Positions 1-10,734 are shown, numbered from the stretch's first letter. The stretch: DNA of 64,000 bases from an uncultured Methanomassiliicoccales archaeon (GCA_963695345.1 OY968769.1:800001-864000); one strand, 5' to 3'. The notes: a model not told the origin generated them from the sequence alone. Program-made: numbers and translations.

Positions 1-71
1 CCGAAATAGCTGATATTGATAACTGGAGACCTGCCAATATATATCGAAAGGATGGTTTGAAGCCGTTCTGA

Positions 72-866
72 ATGACCTCAACCGAGATCCATGTCCTTGT
101 CATTGATGATGAGCCGGACCTCTGCACACTTACAAAGCAATTTTTAGACCTCCAGGGCGAGATGGTCGTTGACACTGCCTTTTCCGCGGAGGGCGCCAGA
201 AGTATCCTGGCCTACAAAAGTTATGACGTCATCCTTTCCGATTATCGGATGCCAGGAGAGAATGGCATCCAATTCCTTTCCTCGTTGAGAGCAGCCGGGG
301 ACAGGACCCCGTTCATCCTTTTCACATGCAAAGAGCGGGCGGAGATAGTCATTGAGGCCTTGAACGACGGGGCGAACGGATTCCTGCAGAAGGGCGGGGA
401 CGTGGTGCCTCAGTATAAAGAGCTCGAGAATTTAGTGAGGACAGTGGTCAAGCAGAAGCGGGCCGAGGATGCATTGAAGGAAAGCGAGGCACGCTTCAGG
501 GATATGGTCGAGATGATTCCCGCAACCATCTTCGAGATGGACCTGAGCGGCAGGCTCACGTTCCTGAACCATTTCGGCCTGGAACAGTTCGGCTACGGTC
601 CGGACGATATTGCCGACAACCTCGAGGCGATGGACATGCTGGTTCCGGAAGACCGGGGGCGGGCTTTCGAGACCATGCAGGAGATATTCCAGAACAGAGC
701 TTCCGGCCCTCATGCATATACCGCTCAGAGGAAGGATGGGACGACTTTCTCCATCATCATCACCTCAGCGATCATTCTCCATCAGGGACACCCGGTTGGA
801 CTTAGAGGTGTCGTTCACACCCCTTGTGTTCACCCGGAGAAGGCATCTCCCGCGGACCGCGATTGA
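72..866 (+). CDS. Response regulator receiver + PAS domain protein
   Basis: HVLVIDDEP, DVILSDYRMPGENG (phospho-Asp) and FLQK receiver motifs, followed by ESEARFRDMVE...RKDG PAS motif. Confidence 0.9.
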   Translation: MTSTEIHVLVIDDEPDLCTLTKQFLDLQGEMVVDTAFSAEGARSILAYKSYDVILSDYRMPGENGIQFLSSLRAAGDRTPFILFTCKERAEIVIEALNDGANGFLQKGGDVVPQYKELENLVRTVVKQKRAEDALKESEARFRDMVEMIPATIFEMDLSGRLTFLNHFGLEQFGYGPDDIADNLEAMDMLVPEDRGRAFETMQEIFQNRASGPHAYTAQRKDGTTFSIIITSAIILHQGHPVGLRGVVHTPCVHPEKASPADRD

Positions 867-989
867 TCCACGGGACGCAAAACTATTCTTGGTCGCTCAT
901 GCTGGAATAGAATCGAATGATCGGCATTATCATTCAAGATAGATGGCAGGCCCTAGGACCGGTGGGAAAACCTTCCTAGACAGTGGGAA

Positions 990-1037
990 AAATGTCCATC
1001 CAGTGATGTTCCTAACGGATACGACCACTGGACATTT
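990..1037. terminator. Hairpin between convergent genes, possible bidirectional terminator
   Basis: AAATGTCCA (990-998) / TGGACATTT (1029-1037) inverted repeat; TCCAGTG/CACTGGA is an alternative pairing. Confidence 0.35.
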
Positions 1038-1046
1038 CCATTGCGT

Positions 1047-1175
1047 TTACTTCTTCTTCTTGGATGCCTTTTCTGGAGGCGTAACGATGGATGAAGGCTT
1101 CGACCCCTTTGAATCCGACCGGTTCTTGTTCTCTGGTACCTTGTCTGCGTCCTTTTTCTTTTTCAAATGAGCCAT
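1047..1175 (-). CDS. Small lysine-rich hypothetical protein (42 aa)
   Basis: MAHLKKKKDADKVPENK...KASKKKK; ATG at 1175; no recognisable domain. Confidence 0.4.
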   Translation of the reverse strand: MAHLKKKKDADKVPENKNRSDSKGSKPSSIVTPPEKASKKKK

Positions 1176-1287
1176 GAAAATCTCAATGCAATATGTAGGT
1201 AACTGGATGAAATAGTTAATGTGTCGCCGATGGAAAATGTGATTCATCGACCTAGAGATCACTTACGACAGATCATTGAGCATTGAT

Positions 1288-1322
1288 TAAAAAGAAAAAG
1301 GGTTTTGGGATGGACCATTCCC
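1288..1322 (-). terminator. Hairpin + U-tract terminator of the beta-helix gene
   Basis: Minus strand GGGA..TCCC stem followed by CTTTTTCTTTTT downstream of the 1408 stop. Confidence 0.45.
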
Positions 1323-1407
1323 GGATCCTCACGGGTCCGATCCATACCACTATGTTAGACCTGGGTCCTCGGCTCCAACCTATGCACCTGGACCACCGGG
1401 ATTCTGC

Positions 1408-2574
1408 TCACCTGGCCAGGATCGTGTTGCCAGAGACGGTGCAGCTGGTGCATCCGATGAGCCATATCGGCTTGCTCGATGCCGTCTTGATGACGTTACC
1501 AGTGATCACATTGTTGTGCGAGTTGGTCGAGAATATCACGCAGGTGTAACCCTGGGTCTGCGTGACAACGTTGTTCTTGATCACCGCATAGCTGCTGGGA
1601 GTCAGGATCACGAACTCATTGAAGGCCCCGTAGACATTGCATCCGATCACTGTGATGTAATCGTTCGCCGCGTATCCGGATATCGCATATTCTGTGATAA
1701 CCGGAGTAGCATGTCCATTCCAGGTCGACGCCTCACGGAACACGCAGTTGGTTATGGTAATGTGGTTGGCGGGCTCCAGGTCGATGCAGGACATCGACAC
1801 CTTGGTTATCCGTACATTGTTGATCGTGATATACGAACATGCGACCTTCGTCGTCGAGGCCTCACCGAACGCAATTCCCGATCCGTAGTGCGCGTACGTC
1901 GTATCCCCGATGTTATAGACCTGGCAATTGGTGATGCTGCAGTACTGCGAGTTGGACATGTAGATGCCCTGCCCCGCGATCACGTCGTGCACGTAGACCC
2001 GGAATATCTTGCTGTTCAGGGTGTTGACCATCCCGACCCCTTCCATCGTTCCGCTGGTCCTGACCGCCCGGTTGCCGTCGACCTGCAGGTTGCTGATGGT
2101 TATCCCGTTCGGACGGCTTGACATATAGGAGTAGTCGGTCAGTTTGTAGTAACCATTGGTCACCAGGATCCCGGCACCCCTCACGGTAGACAAGGCCTTG
2201 ATGATGGTGCCGTTACCATCGCCGACGATCGACACTTTGTTCGTGTAGATGGTCTTGGATATGGAATATGTTCCCGACTTGATGTAGACGTAACCGCCTG
2301 ACAGTTTGTCGATCGCCTTCTGGATCACCGTTCGAGAGTCGATGTCCCGGAAATCGATGGCGGAGGTTATCGCGTTCTTGGCGCAGGTATATCCGCTGCT
2401 GTCCTTGTAGATGGTGTACGATACTGACACATACTTGCCGTCCCCGAGGGGCACGACCGGGGCGGTGGCCCCCTGCACGGACGCCGTGCCCAGGAAGGAT
2501 GTTCCGATCATCGCCGCCACGATCATTACCGATAGCAGCGTAATGGATCTGCCGTTGAACAAGTGGAATCTCAT
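1408..2574 (-). CDS. Secreted right-handed parallel beta-helix (pectin-lyase-like) protein
   Basis: Signal peptide; IQKAID..GGYVYIKSGTY motif; repeated ITISNL/ITNC/ITGNVI beta-helix units. Confidence 0.85.
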   Translation of the reverse strand: MRFHLFNGRSITLLSVMIVAAMIGTSFLGTASVQGATAPVVPLGDGKYVSVSYTIYKDSSGYTCAKNAITSAIDFRDIDSRTVIQKAIDKLSGGYVYIKSGTYSISKTIYTNKVSIVGDGNGTIIKALSTVRGAGILVTNGYYKLTDYSYMSSRPNGITISNLQVDGNRAVRTSGTMEGVGMVNTLNSKIFRVYVHDVIAGQGIYMSNSQYCSITNCQVYNIGDTTYAHYGSGIAFGEASTTKVACSYITINNVRITKVSMSCIDLEPANHITITNCVFREASTWNGHATPVITEYAISGYAANDYITVIGCNVYGAFNEFVILTPSSYAVIKNNVVTQTQGYTCVIFSTNSHNNVITGNVIKTASSKPIWLIGCTSCTVSGNTILAR

Positions 2575-2768
2575 TGGAAACAGCCCCTCGATGTGCCGGA
2601 GGCGGCCTCCCCGATGGCGCCCTTTTTCATGGACTGATCGCCGATCTTCCAGGCCTGGTCCCTTGTTTTGTTCGCTACACTATTCAAAATGGACAGATCG
2701 ACCATCGCGGCGGGTTCCGTCGAGAAACCCATCCTGCTCTTGTCCTTCAATGAAGATACCATTCTCAT
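2571..2768 (-). CDS. Small hypothetical ORF translationally coupled to the beta-helix gene
   Basis: AAGGAG SD upstream of ATG; stop overlaps the next start (ATGA). Confidence 0.4.
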   Translation of the reverse strand: MRMVSSLKDKSRMGFSTEPAAMVDLSILNSVANKTRDQAWKIGDQSMKKGAIGEAASGTSRGCFQ

Positions 2769-3320
2769 GCTTATCAGCTCCTTCGTTACGTTTCACTACA
2801 ACAGACTGAACGGAGACAGTATCTGACGATATGACGATCGCCAGCTGATCTGTCTCATGTTTACAGGCGATGGAAGAAATCGCTCAATGGACATACAGCC
2901 TGAACATCCAGGATCGAAAATTGATCCGTCGATGTCGATTGCAGCTGGTCCGGCGGAATTCCTGCTCCGACGGCAGAGAGATCATTGCCCTTTTCAGGGG
3001 CCCTTCCGTTATTTTCTCTCCTTATGGATAGGAATTCTATAATACGATATAAACAAAATTATATAGAAATTTATCATCATAATAACTACTGAATAGCTTG
3101 TTGTTACCAAAAATATGCGTATTATTGATAACAATTTAACATTTGAAAGGGTCGATTTCTTATAGTATCGTTTAGGGCCCGAACGACCTACAATTGAATT
3201 TGTTGGCAAATTGCCGTTATCGATCGATGAGGTCGTACGACAATGATCGATTGGTAAGGCCAGTTTATAATTCGAAGGATGGTTACCTGACAGATCGTCC
3301 GACCCTGCGAATGTCGGCCC

Positions 3321-4988
3321 TCACTTCTTGCGCTTGCCCTTGGGTTTCCTTCCCCGGAAGAACAGGAAGTACACGGCGACTGCCGCCGCGACTGCCACGC
3401 CTGCGATTATCAAGGTGAGGTCCATCGAACCCGATTCGACGGGTGCTGCGGATACCGTGGAATTCAAGACGATATCATCGAGATCGGCGTTCATACTGGA
3501 CACGACCGTCACATTTCGCGTGACGGTTGAATAGCCTTCCTTGGCGATCGTTAGAGTATAGTTGCCGGCGGTGACACCGGTGAACACGAACAGCCCGTAT
3601 TCGCTGGTGGTGATATCCGCGAAGCCGTCGAGACTGACTGTGGCATTCCCCATCGCCGCTCCGCTGGCATCGCATATCGTTCCATCGACCGCCACCCCGA
3701 TGTTGGGCAGCCTTACCACGACGGAGGAGGAGTTCACCAGGTTCCCTTTCGTGTTGGGGACGACGATGGTGAAGTTGTATGAAAGCCCGTTCACCAGGCC
3801 GGCGATTGTGACCGAGTTTCCGGCCGCTCGTTGGATATAGGTGCCGTCCTGATAGACCAGGTAATTGACGCTCGAGATGCCGACGAAACCGCTAGGAACC
3901 GTCCAGGATAGTCTGGCGCTGCTGTCCCCTGCCACGGCGGTGAGATTCTGAGGGGCGTTGGGAGAGGTCAAAACTTCGAGGGCCACTCCGCTCCATGCCG
4001 AGCCGGCGAACCCGGTCGCGCCCTGGTAGTAGTAAGCGGTCAGATTGCCGCCGCATCCATACGCCCATTCGCCACCCATCGTGGGTGCGTTGCCGTAGAA
4101 TCTTATCGAGGCCAGGTCATAGCAGTTGACAAACGCGCTGGCCCCGATGCTGGTTACGCTTCCGGGAATTAACGCGGAGACCAGATTGTAGCAGTTCCCG
4201 AACACAAGGTGGCCCAGGTTCGAAACGTTGTTGGGTATCGTGACCGAGGAAAGGGCATAGCAGTTGTAGAAAGAGTAGTCGCCGATGCTGGTGATGCTAA
4301 TGGGCATGGCCACTGAGGTCAGGGCGTAGCATCCCTGAAAGCACTGATCCTCGATGGTGCTAACGCTCTCCGGTATGCTGACCGTGCGCAGACCGCAGTT
4401 GTAGAAGGCGCCAATGCCGATGTCACTGACGCTGCTGGGGATGGCAACGGTTGTGAGCAGATAGCAATTCCCGAACGAAAAGTCGCCAATGCTGGTGATG
4501 CTTACCGGGATCGTTACCGAGGTCAGGGAATAGCAGTCGAAGAAAAGGTAGTCCTCGATGACAGTCATGCTGTTCGGGATGACCACCGTTCGAAGGCCGA
4601 CATCATAGAAGGCGGCGACACCAATGCTGGTTACGCTGTTAGGAATGGTCAGAGCGGTCAGGGAATAGCAGTTCTGGAATGCCTCGGCCCCGATCTTGAT
4701 TACGCTGTTGGGAATGGTCACGGTCGTCAAGGCGGTGCAATTGGCGAACGCTCCTTCACCGATCGAGGTGACCGGTTTGCCCGCAATGACGCTGGGAATG
4801 GCGGCGCTAGTGAACGTGCTGTTGAACCCGGTGATCTCCACCGCCGTTCCTCCGTTGATGAGCTGGTATTGGAAACCGCCGCTTTCCGCGGCGGACGCCG
4901 GTCCGGCCAACAACCCAAACGTCACCATCAGGAGCGGTGAGAATAGAACGAAGGTTGCCAGCAGGACGGTGATCTTCTTATGGTTCAT
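3321..4988 (-). CDS. BspA-type leucine-rich-repeat surface protein with Fn3 and carboxypeptidase-regulatory-like domains and C-terminal TM anchor
   Basis: Signal peptide; LTSVTIPNSVTSIG..AF..C repeats; PNAPQNLTAVAGD Fn3; GNYTLTIAKEGY; TM helix plus basic tail. Confidence 0.92.
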   Translation of the reverse strand: MNHKKITVLLATFVLFSPLLMVTFGLLAGPASAAESGGFQYQLINGGTAVEITGFNSTFTSAAIPSVIAGKPVTSIGEGAFANCTALTTVTIPNSVIKIGAEAFQNCYSLTALTIPNSVTSIGVAAFYDVGLRTVVIPNSMTVIEDYLFFDCYSLTSVTIPVSITSIGDFSFGNCYLLTTVAIPSSVSDIGIGAFYNCGLRTVSIPESVSTIEDQCFQGCYALTSVAMPISITSIGDYSFYNCYALSSVTIPNNVSNLGHLVFGNCYNLVSALIPGSVTSIGASAFVNCYDLASIRFYGNAPTMGGEWAYGCGGNLTAYYYQGATGFAGSAWSGVALEVLTSPNAPQNLTAVAGDSSARLSWTVPSGFVGISSVNYLVYQDGTYIQRAAGNSVTIAGLVNGLSYNFTIVVPNTKGNLVNSSSVVVRLPNIGVAVDGTICDASGAAMGNATVSLDGFADITTSEYGLFVFTGVTAGNYTLTIAKEGYSTVTRNVTVVSSMNADLDDIVLNSTVSAAPVESGSMDLTLIIAGVAVAAAVAVYFLFFRGRKPKGKRKK

Positions 4989-5264
4989 GGTATACCAGCT
5001 GTTCTAGGGGATGCCCAGGCCAAATTAGGACGGGATACCTAATAATAGAAAACTGCCATCAGAATGTCAGGATTGATAATGAGTTATGCATTGTCATTTT
5101 AAGCATCGATTCACAATTGGATGCGTCATTCATGCTGGCTCTAGCGAGGAAGATGGAATCGGTCCGGATCAGTGGACCGATTCCCTGGTCCACATCCGTC
5201 TCAGGCATGACCTTCAGGACCATCGTTCAATAGTGAATTATCTGTTGCCATCGATATCCCCGCC

Positions 5265-5747
5265 ATGGAATTCCTGGCGGAGCATATCGCGCCTTGCGGT
5301 GCAAATTGCATGATATGTTTGAGCTTCCTCCGAGCGGAGGATGGATGCCCGGGCTGCAGGTTCGATGGTTCTAGCAAACCTGTTAATTGCACAAGGTGCA
5401 GGATCAAGAATTGTCGAAGGATGAGGGACGGATCCCTGAAATTCTGCTATGAATGTGAAAAGTTCCCCTGTCCGAGGATGAGACAGCTGGATGAGAGATA
5501 CAGGAGGAACTACCGATACAGCATGATCGACAGTTTGGTGGAGATCAGGGAAGAGGGAATGGACCAGCATATCCAGAACGATAATGAAAGGTGGTCATGT
5601 GAAACATGCGGCGGGACCATCTGTGTGCACAGGGGGTATTGTACCTCTTGCGGCAAGATCAGATATTGCCATGCGGGCAACCATCGGGCCAGGATAAGGA
5701 CGGATGCTGACAGTTCCAGCACTTTGCGATCCGAGCATTGCAAGTGA
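5265..5747 (+). CDS. Cys-rich DUF3795-like protein
   Basis: IAPCGANC..C, CPGCR, C.IKNC and FCYECEKFPC motifs; C-terminal CxxC pairs. Confidence 0.8.
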   Translation: MEFLAEHIAPCGANCMICLSFLRAEDGCPGCRFDGSSKPVNCTRCRIKNCRRMRDGSLKFCYECEKFPCPRMRQLDERYRRNYRYSMIDSLVEIREEGMDQHIQNDNERWSCETCGGTICVHRGYCTSCGKIRYCHAGNHRARIRTDADSSSTLRSEHCK

Positions 5748-5876
5748 TCGACACAATTGCACCCGTTCCCATGCCCGGACCTGCGTATGGAAAAACCTCT
5801 GACTTATCATCTTCGGGTCCGTTATCCTGCCAGATGGTTCCCGCGTTCGGTGGGGGGCATAAGTTAGGTTTAATAC

Positions 5877-6416
5877 ATGCCCTTTGATTACCGCCCAGTG
5901 GCCAAGGAATTCGAAGTGGACGAGAATGGTCTCACGACCGAGGGCTTCAGGGTGCTCCATCCCAAGATAAAGAACGCCATGCGGGTGAGCATTCTTCTGT
6001 TCCTCATGTTCTCCATGACAACACTGCTCCTATTGGGGCTGTTCATCGGAGAGCTTCTGGGAATTCTCTATTGGCCCCTGGTGCTGCTGTTCATCGTGAT
6101 CAATGCCTTGGCCATTCTGGACCTTATCATCGTTCCGACGATCTTCTACGCCCGCTACAGATACAAGGTGGGTGAAGACCGGATAGATGTCCTGAGAGGC
6201 GTGCTGATCATAAGGCACACGATTGTACCTATCGAACGCATCCATCAGGTCGAGGTGACCCGGGGACCCGTAAAGAACATGTTCGGGCTCGCGGACGTCA
6301 CGATAACCACCGCGGGCGGGACCGCCACCATCGAATACCTGGAAATGCACGAGGCAGAGGGAATCGCTGACAGGCTCAATGAGAATGTCCTAAAGATCCT
6401 CGAGGAAAGGTACTGA
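5877..6416 (+). CDS. YdbS-like membrane protein with bacterial PH domain
   Basis: Two TM helices, then VPIERIHQVEVTRGP..MFGLA.VTITTAGG. Confidence 0.85.
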   Translation: MPFDYRPVAKEFEVDENGLTTEGFRVLHPKIKNAMRVSILLFLMFSMTTLLLLGLFIGELLGILYWPLVLLFIVINALAILDLIIVPTIFYARYRYKVGEDRIDVLRGVLIIRHTIVPIERIHQVEVTRGPVKNMFGLADVTITTAGGTATIEYLEMHEAEGIADRLNENVLKILEERY

Positions 6417-6417
6417 A

Positions 6418-7884
6418 GTGAGCGGAGAAAGGATCAGGAACCATCCATCGGTTATCCTGGAGAACCTGGCACAGGCAGTCGTGGTAGTATTCCTGATTTT
6501 CATCTCGGCCGCCCCCTTTAGGACCCTGGAAGGATATCTGGGCGTGTCGACGATCATCGGTTTTGTGGCTTTCCTGCTCTTTCTACGATGGCGGAAGACG
6601 ACCATCCAATTCAACGAGAACGAGATTGTTGTCGAGAGGGATACCATCTTCAAGATGAAGAAATCCATCCCTTACTCCAAGATAGCCTCAATAAACGTCG
6701 ACCGCGGCATAATAAACAGGATATTCCGCACTTCAAAGCTTAAGGTAAACGTCAACACCAGCAAGAACGCGACCATCCCCGAGGCCACGATGGTTCTCAA
6801 AAAGGTCCTCGCGGAGGAGGTCAGGGGTAGATTTTCTCAGCACATGAACGGAGGCGAACCGGTCGTTGAGGCAGCGGAGGTGTCCGCGATCAGGATCGGA
6901 ACCTGGGACGTGCTGATCCACGGACTGTTCAGCCAGTCCACCATCCAGACGGCGAGCGGCCTCATACTCCTCGCCTACGGCATTTCGGGGCAGTTCGTAT
7001 CCGCAAGAGAGATCTCGAGCGTGGAAGGCCTAATCTCCTTACTGATGTTCTTCTGGGTGACCGTGTTCCCCACCATATTGTCGATGGTCAACTACGCAAA
7101 TTTCAAGGTGTACCGAACAATGGACACCATCTACCTGCAGCACGGGCTGATCAGGACCTTCAGGACGTCATTCAATGTGTCCCGGATCAATGCGGTCCAT
7201 GTGAGGAGCACGATGATCTCGAGACTGCTCGGAAGGTCGTACATCGAGGCCGAGGTCATCGGCCTCGGTTCGGGAAAGGACACCAAGCGCCCCGTGCTGT
7301 GCCTGCTAAAAAAGAACGACGTCATCGATGCCGCCTTGAGGGAGCTGGTGCCTGAGTTCGTCTACGAACGGGATGTGATAAGGCAGCCGAAGGCCGCGAA
7401 GAAAATCATTGCCGTCAAGGCGGCGGTGTCTTCGGTGTTCATCATTCTGTTCTCTGCGTATCTGACATCTGTCATGTACCAAATGTCAAAGGACATGTCT
7501 TTTGGCATCGAGAGGGAGCTGGTCAGCAACCTGTTCATCATCACCGGGGCGATATTGCTGGTGGGGATCGTCCTTTGGTCGTTCAAGGCCTATAGGATAA
7601 GGGAGCTGACCATCGGCGAGGAACTGTTCACTTTTGTGAATGGGGTCATGGACCGCAAGATGACCACGATGAGCTATGACAAGGTGCAGATCGTCAATAT
7701 CTCGAAAGGACCTTTGACCAGGAGATATGGCCTGGCCGTCGGGTCCATCTCGCTGCTCTCCTCGATCGGGGGTGTGAGGGTTTCCTCCGGCTATTTCCCC
7801 GAAGATGAGTTGAACCGGGTGCACGGGATGGTAATGGAACGATTGTCAAACGGCAAGTATGACCACCATGCCAATGATGTGTGA
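6418..7884 (+). CDS. YdbT-like membrane protein with three bacterial PH domains
   Basis: Repeated TM pairs + IPYSKIASI / RINAV / YDKVQIV bPH motifs; operon with the YdbS-like gene. Confidence 0.85.
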   Translation: MSGERIRNHPSVILENLAQAVVVVFLIFISAAPFRTLEGYLGVSTIIGFVAFLLFLRWRKTTIQFNENEIVVERDTIFKMKKSIPYSKIASINVDRGIINRIFRTSKLKVNVNTSKNATIPEATMVLKKVLAEEVRGRFSQHMNGGEPVVEAAEVSAIRIGTWDVLIHGLFSQSTIQTASGLILLAYGISGQFVSAREISSVEGLISLLMFFWVTVFPTILSMVNYANFKVYRTMDTIYLQHGLIRTFRTSFNVSRINAVHVRSTMISRLLGRSYIEAEVIGLGSGKDTKRPVLCLLKKNDVIDAALRELVPEFVYERDVIRQPKAAKKIIAVKAAVSSVFIILFSAYLTSVMYQMSKDMSFGIERELVSNLFIITGAILLVGIVLWSFKAYRIRELTIGEELFTFVNGVMDRKMTTMSYDKVQIVNISKGPLTRRYGLAVGSISLLSSIGGVRVSSGYFPEDELNRVHGMVMERLSNGKYDHHANDV

Positions 7885-8009
7885 GCATCGGAGATACGAA
7901 TGCGAGAACGCTTGTATAGCGTCTGCACCGGTGCCTTTCTAGCGCACTTTCCTTGAAGGACTTGTTCTCCGCCTCAGCTTGACCTCGGGTATCCCAGCTT
8001 AGTGACATT

Positions 8010-8477
8010 TTATTCATCAGCACATGGCCAGTACATTCCCGTTATCCATTTTTCGGGATCCTGCTCTTTTTGTGGATCGCTCAAATACACTTCCCACATG
8101 TGCCCTGCCGGTTTCAAGTGGTTCCTGCCCATCCATTCCTGCATCGCCGTGTATGATTCTGCCAACTTCTCATAGGGGCCAATGTGCATGGCATTGACTG
8201 CCTTCCCCCCGGGAAGTGTGAATGGACCGATCTTACCGTCACTTTCTATCTGTTTCGACACCGGAAAGCCAACGCTCATATGCGTCTTCCGATCGTCCCA
8301 GGAATAGTAGTATGCAAAAGGTGGGCCAACGATCAACAGACTGTTCCTCTGGGAGAAAACGGAAAGTTCCTGGAACAGCTTTCCCATCATCATTGGGATC
8401 TTGTCGTACTCCACCTCCACTTCGATGGCCATACATTTCACCTCTGGCAAATCAATAACTTGGATATCTTTCATCAT
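8010..8477 (-). CDS. GyrI-like small-molecule-binding protein
   Basis: LPGGKAVNAMHIGPYEKL..Y..W and WEVYLSDP motifs; start taken at ATG 8477. Confidence 0.85.
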   Translation of the reverse strand: MMKDIQVIDLPEVKCMAIEVEVEYDKIPMMMGKLFQELSVFSQRNSLLIVGPPFAYYYSWDDRKTHMSVGFPVSKQIESDGKIGPFTLPGGKAVNAMHIGPYEKLAESYTAMQEWMGRNHLKPAGHMWEVYLSDPQKEQDPEKWITGMYWPCADE

Positions 8478-8781
8478 GTTCGTTCGATTCGTCACCGCAG
8501 GTAAATATTTTACGTTGGGGTGACCGAAAATAATCCGTCTGACACCTTCGCAAGATTGACTGGTCGAAGCCCTCCAAATAAATTGAAGGCCCACGATCCA
8601 TGCATTTGCAAATCTCTGTCCGATATCAGATGAAGGAGAGCAATGAGACCGGCCAAGAGAATGACATGCCGATCAAGATTGCATGAGGGATCTGAGCCCA
8701 AGCATGTTCTGTTTTGATGTCATCTCCGAAGTTAGAACATCTCGATCTTTAAGAAATCAAGTGCCGAGTACCATAGTCATT

Positions 8782-9556
8782 CTAAGGGCGCCACGGCCTG
8801 GCCTTGTTCCATTGGTCCTCGAACAGGTCGCCCGCCCATCTCATTGATTCTGGATCGTTGCCGGCGAAGACCTGGTAGTCCATCTTTCCATCCAACTTCG
8901 GTAACGAGATCCCCATGATCTTTTCGGTCATGATCAGGATGGCGCAAACTCGGGGAATACATCTCATCTCCCCTGAATCCGCAGAGATCATTTCTCCCTT
9001 GATGCTCTCAAGCAGGCTCTCTTGAACCAGGGTCCTGACCTTTATGCCATCCTTGACCAAGCGCTGCCTGATTATCTGGCCATGCTGCTCCAAGCTCTGA
9101 TCGGCCATCACGTCGATCCGCTTCTCGGCGTTCTTGAGGACCTCGGTGCCGGTGTTTATGTTGGAGACCATCTCGGTGTGAAGGACGGCCTTCGAGAGCT
9201 CTCCGAACCTGGCGCGGAACTGAGGAGGGATGAGCGATGCGTCATGGTCCAAGAAATACTCCCTGTGCTTGGAAAGAAAGTCCATGGCGGTGGAGGATTC
9301 GAGGATGAGCCTGGAATATGGGGTGGAGCGGTATCTGCCTTCGGAGGTCTTCTCCAGGAAGCCGGCATCCGTCAACCGCTGCAACTGCCTGAACGCCTCG
9401 GTAGGCGGTGATGTCCAGCTTCTTCGCCACTTCGTTCAGCTTGAGATTCTGGGTCTGAAGTTCCTCAATTATCCTGCGCCTGTCCGCGTTTGACAACTGA
9501 AAATGAAGGTCGGAGAGGCGGTCCTCATCGACTTTCGTTTTCTCCACATGTAACAC
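8782..9556 (-). CDS. Winged-helix (ArsR-like) transcriptional regulator with C-terminal sensing domain; one frameshift near 9402
   Basis: N-terminal LSNADRRRIIEEL..LNEVAKKLDIT joins EAFRQLQRLTDAGFLEK in another frame; C-terminal WAGDLFE..W. Confidence 0.8.
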
Positions 9557-9563
9557 CTACACA

Positions 9564-9579
9564 TTGCTGTTAACGGCAA
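9564..9579. promoter_or_regulatory. Candidate operator palindrome between divergent genes
   Basis: TTGCTGTTAACGGCAA, a 16-bp palindrome with one mismatch. Confidence 0.4.
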
Positions 9580-9642
9580 CACATCCGAGTCAAATAATGG
9601 TTATCAGCCCTGGTCCGCACTTATCCGATTCAAGGTTTGAAA

Positions 9643-9940
9643 ATGACCCGAACAAGAAATGGAAAAGATGAACGGATGTTCTCCATCGAGCTCAGATCGA
9701 AGGGGGATGTGAAGAACGTATCCTTGGACGGCGACGAAAAGGTCCTCATCGAAGGCTCCATCGGATCTTTGAAACGAGCCCAATTCCTGGAAGGACCTCG
9801 TTCTGGAAGTGATCGGAAGCAATGGCGAGCTGAGGGTGGATCTCACCGTGAACGACCTGGATCTGCGGCCCCGCGAAGCTGAGGGATCGAGGAGGACCAG
9901 GGGGGCGGACAATGAAGGCCCTTCACATCTTCGGAGGTAG
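9643..9940 (+). CDS. Small hypothetical protein; frameshift near 9792
   Basis: MFSIELRSKGDVKNVSL..VLIEGSIGSL continues as DLVLEVIGSNGELRVDL in a shifted frame, to TAG at 9940. Confidence 0.65.
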
Positions 9941-9972
9941 GTCCGGCCCTGCAAGGGGAAGGGAACGGACAA

Positions 9973-10673
9973 TTGAGCTCGATGAAACAGGACAGCAAGA
10001 ATCGCGGGCTTGTTCTATCTGATCTTCGTCATGCTATTGCCCCTCGCCACATCGATCCGTTCTCAGCTGATCGTGTCCGGGGATGCCGCCGCCACAGCCC
10101 AGAAGATCATGGCGAACGAGCTTCTGTTCCGCCTCAGTTTCATGACCGAGCTGGTTTCGGCCTTGTTCTTTGTCCTGGCGGCGTGGGCCCTATATGCGCT
10201 ATTGAGGTCGGTCAACAAGGACCTTGCTTTGCTCTTCCTGCTGCTGAACCTGTGCGGGGTCGCGATCGAATGCGTCAGCGTGCTCAATCTGTCTACGGCC
10301 CTGTCGCTGTTGAGCGGGGCCGATTACCTGACGGTGTTCCCGGCCGATCAGCTGCAGGCCCAGGCCTTGTTGCATATCGATATGTACGATAGACGGATTC
10401 ATGATCGCCCAGCTCTTCTTCGGCGCCTGGTTGCTCCCGCTCGGTTATCTGGTCTACCGGTCGGGCTTCCTTCCCAGAGTGTTAGGCATCCTGCTGATCA
10501 TCGACTTCTTCGGTGTGCTGATATGGTTCATGCAGTACTTCCTGCTCCCCGAGGCCGATGTCCTATCCTACCCCGGCTTGGCGGCGGGTTTCATCGCCGA
10601 GGTCTCGCTGACATTGTGGCTTCTGGTCAAGGGAGTGAAGGATAACGGACCGTCCCCGACCGAGGGAGGTTGA
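9973..10673 (+). CDS. DUF4386-family membrane protein; frameshifts near 9991 and 10391
   Basis: TARIAGLFYL, LIVSGDAAATAQKIMANELLFR, FFGAWLLPLGYLVYRSGFLPRVLG, AEVSLTLWLLVKG. Confidence 0.8.
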
Positions 10674-10734
10674 TCCCGTATGGAAGCTTCAACAGCAGAA
10701 CTGAGTCGGGCAGAGGACGTCGCATGAGTTCAAC

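Noticed and set aside
21-37. GGAGACCTGCC resembling the 3' B12-box of a cobalamin riboswitch
   Set aside because: The preceding bases do not fit the AGYCAG consensus, the rest would lie outside the window, and the downstream gene is not B12-related
871-886. GGGACGCAAAAC resembling a c-di-GMP-I riboswitch core
   Set aside because: No upstream GGCAAA/GNRA hairpin or second stem; lies at a gene 3' end
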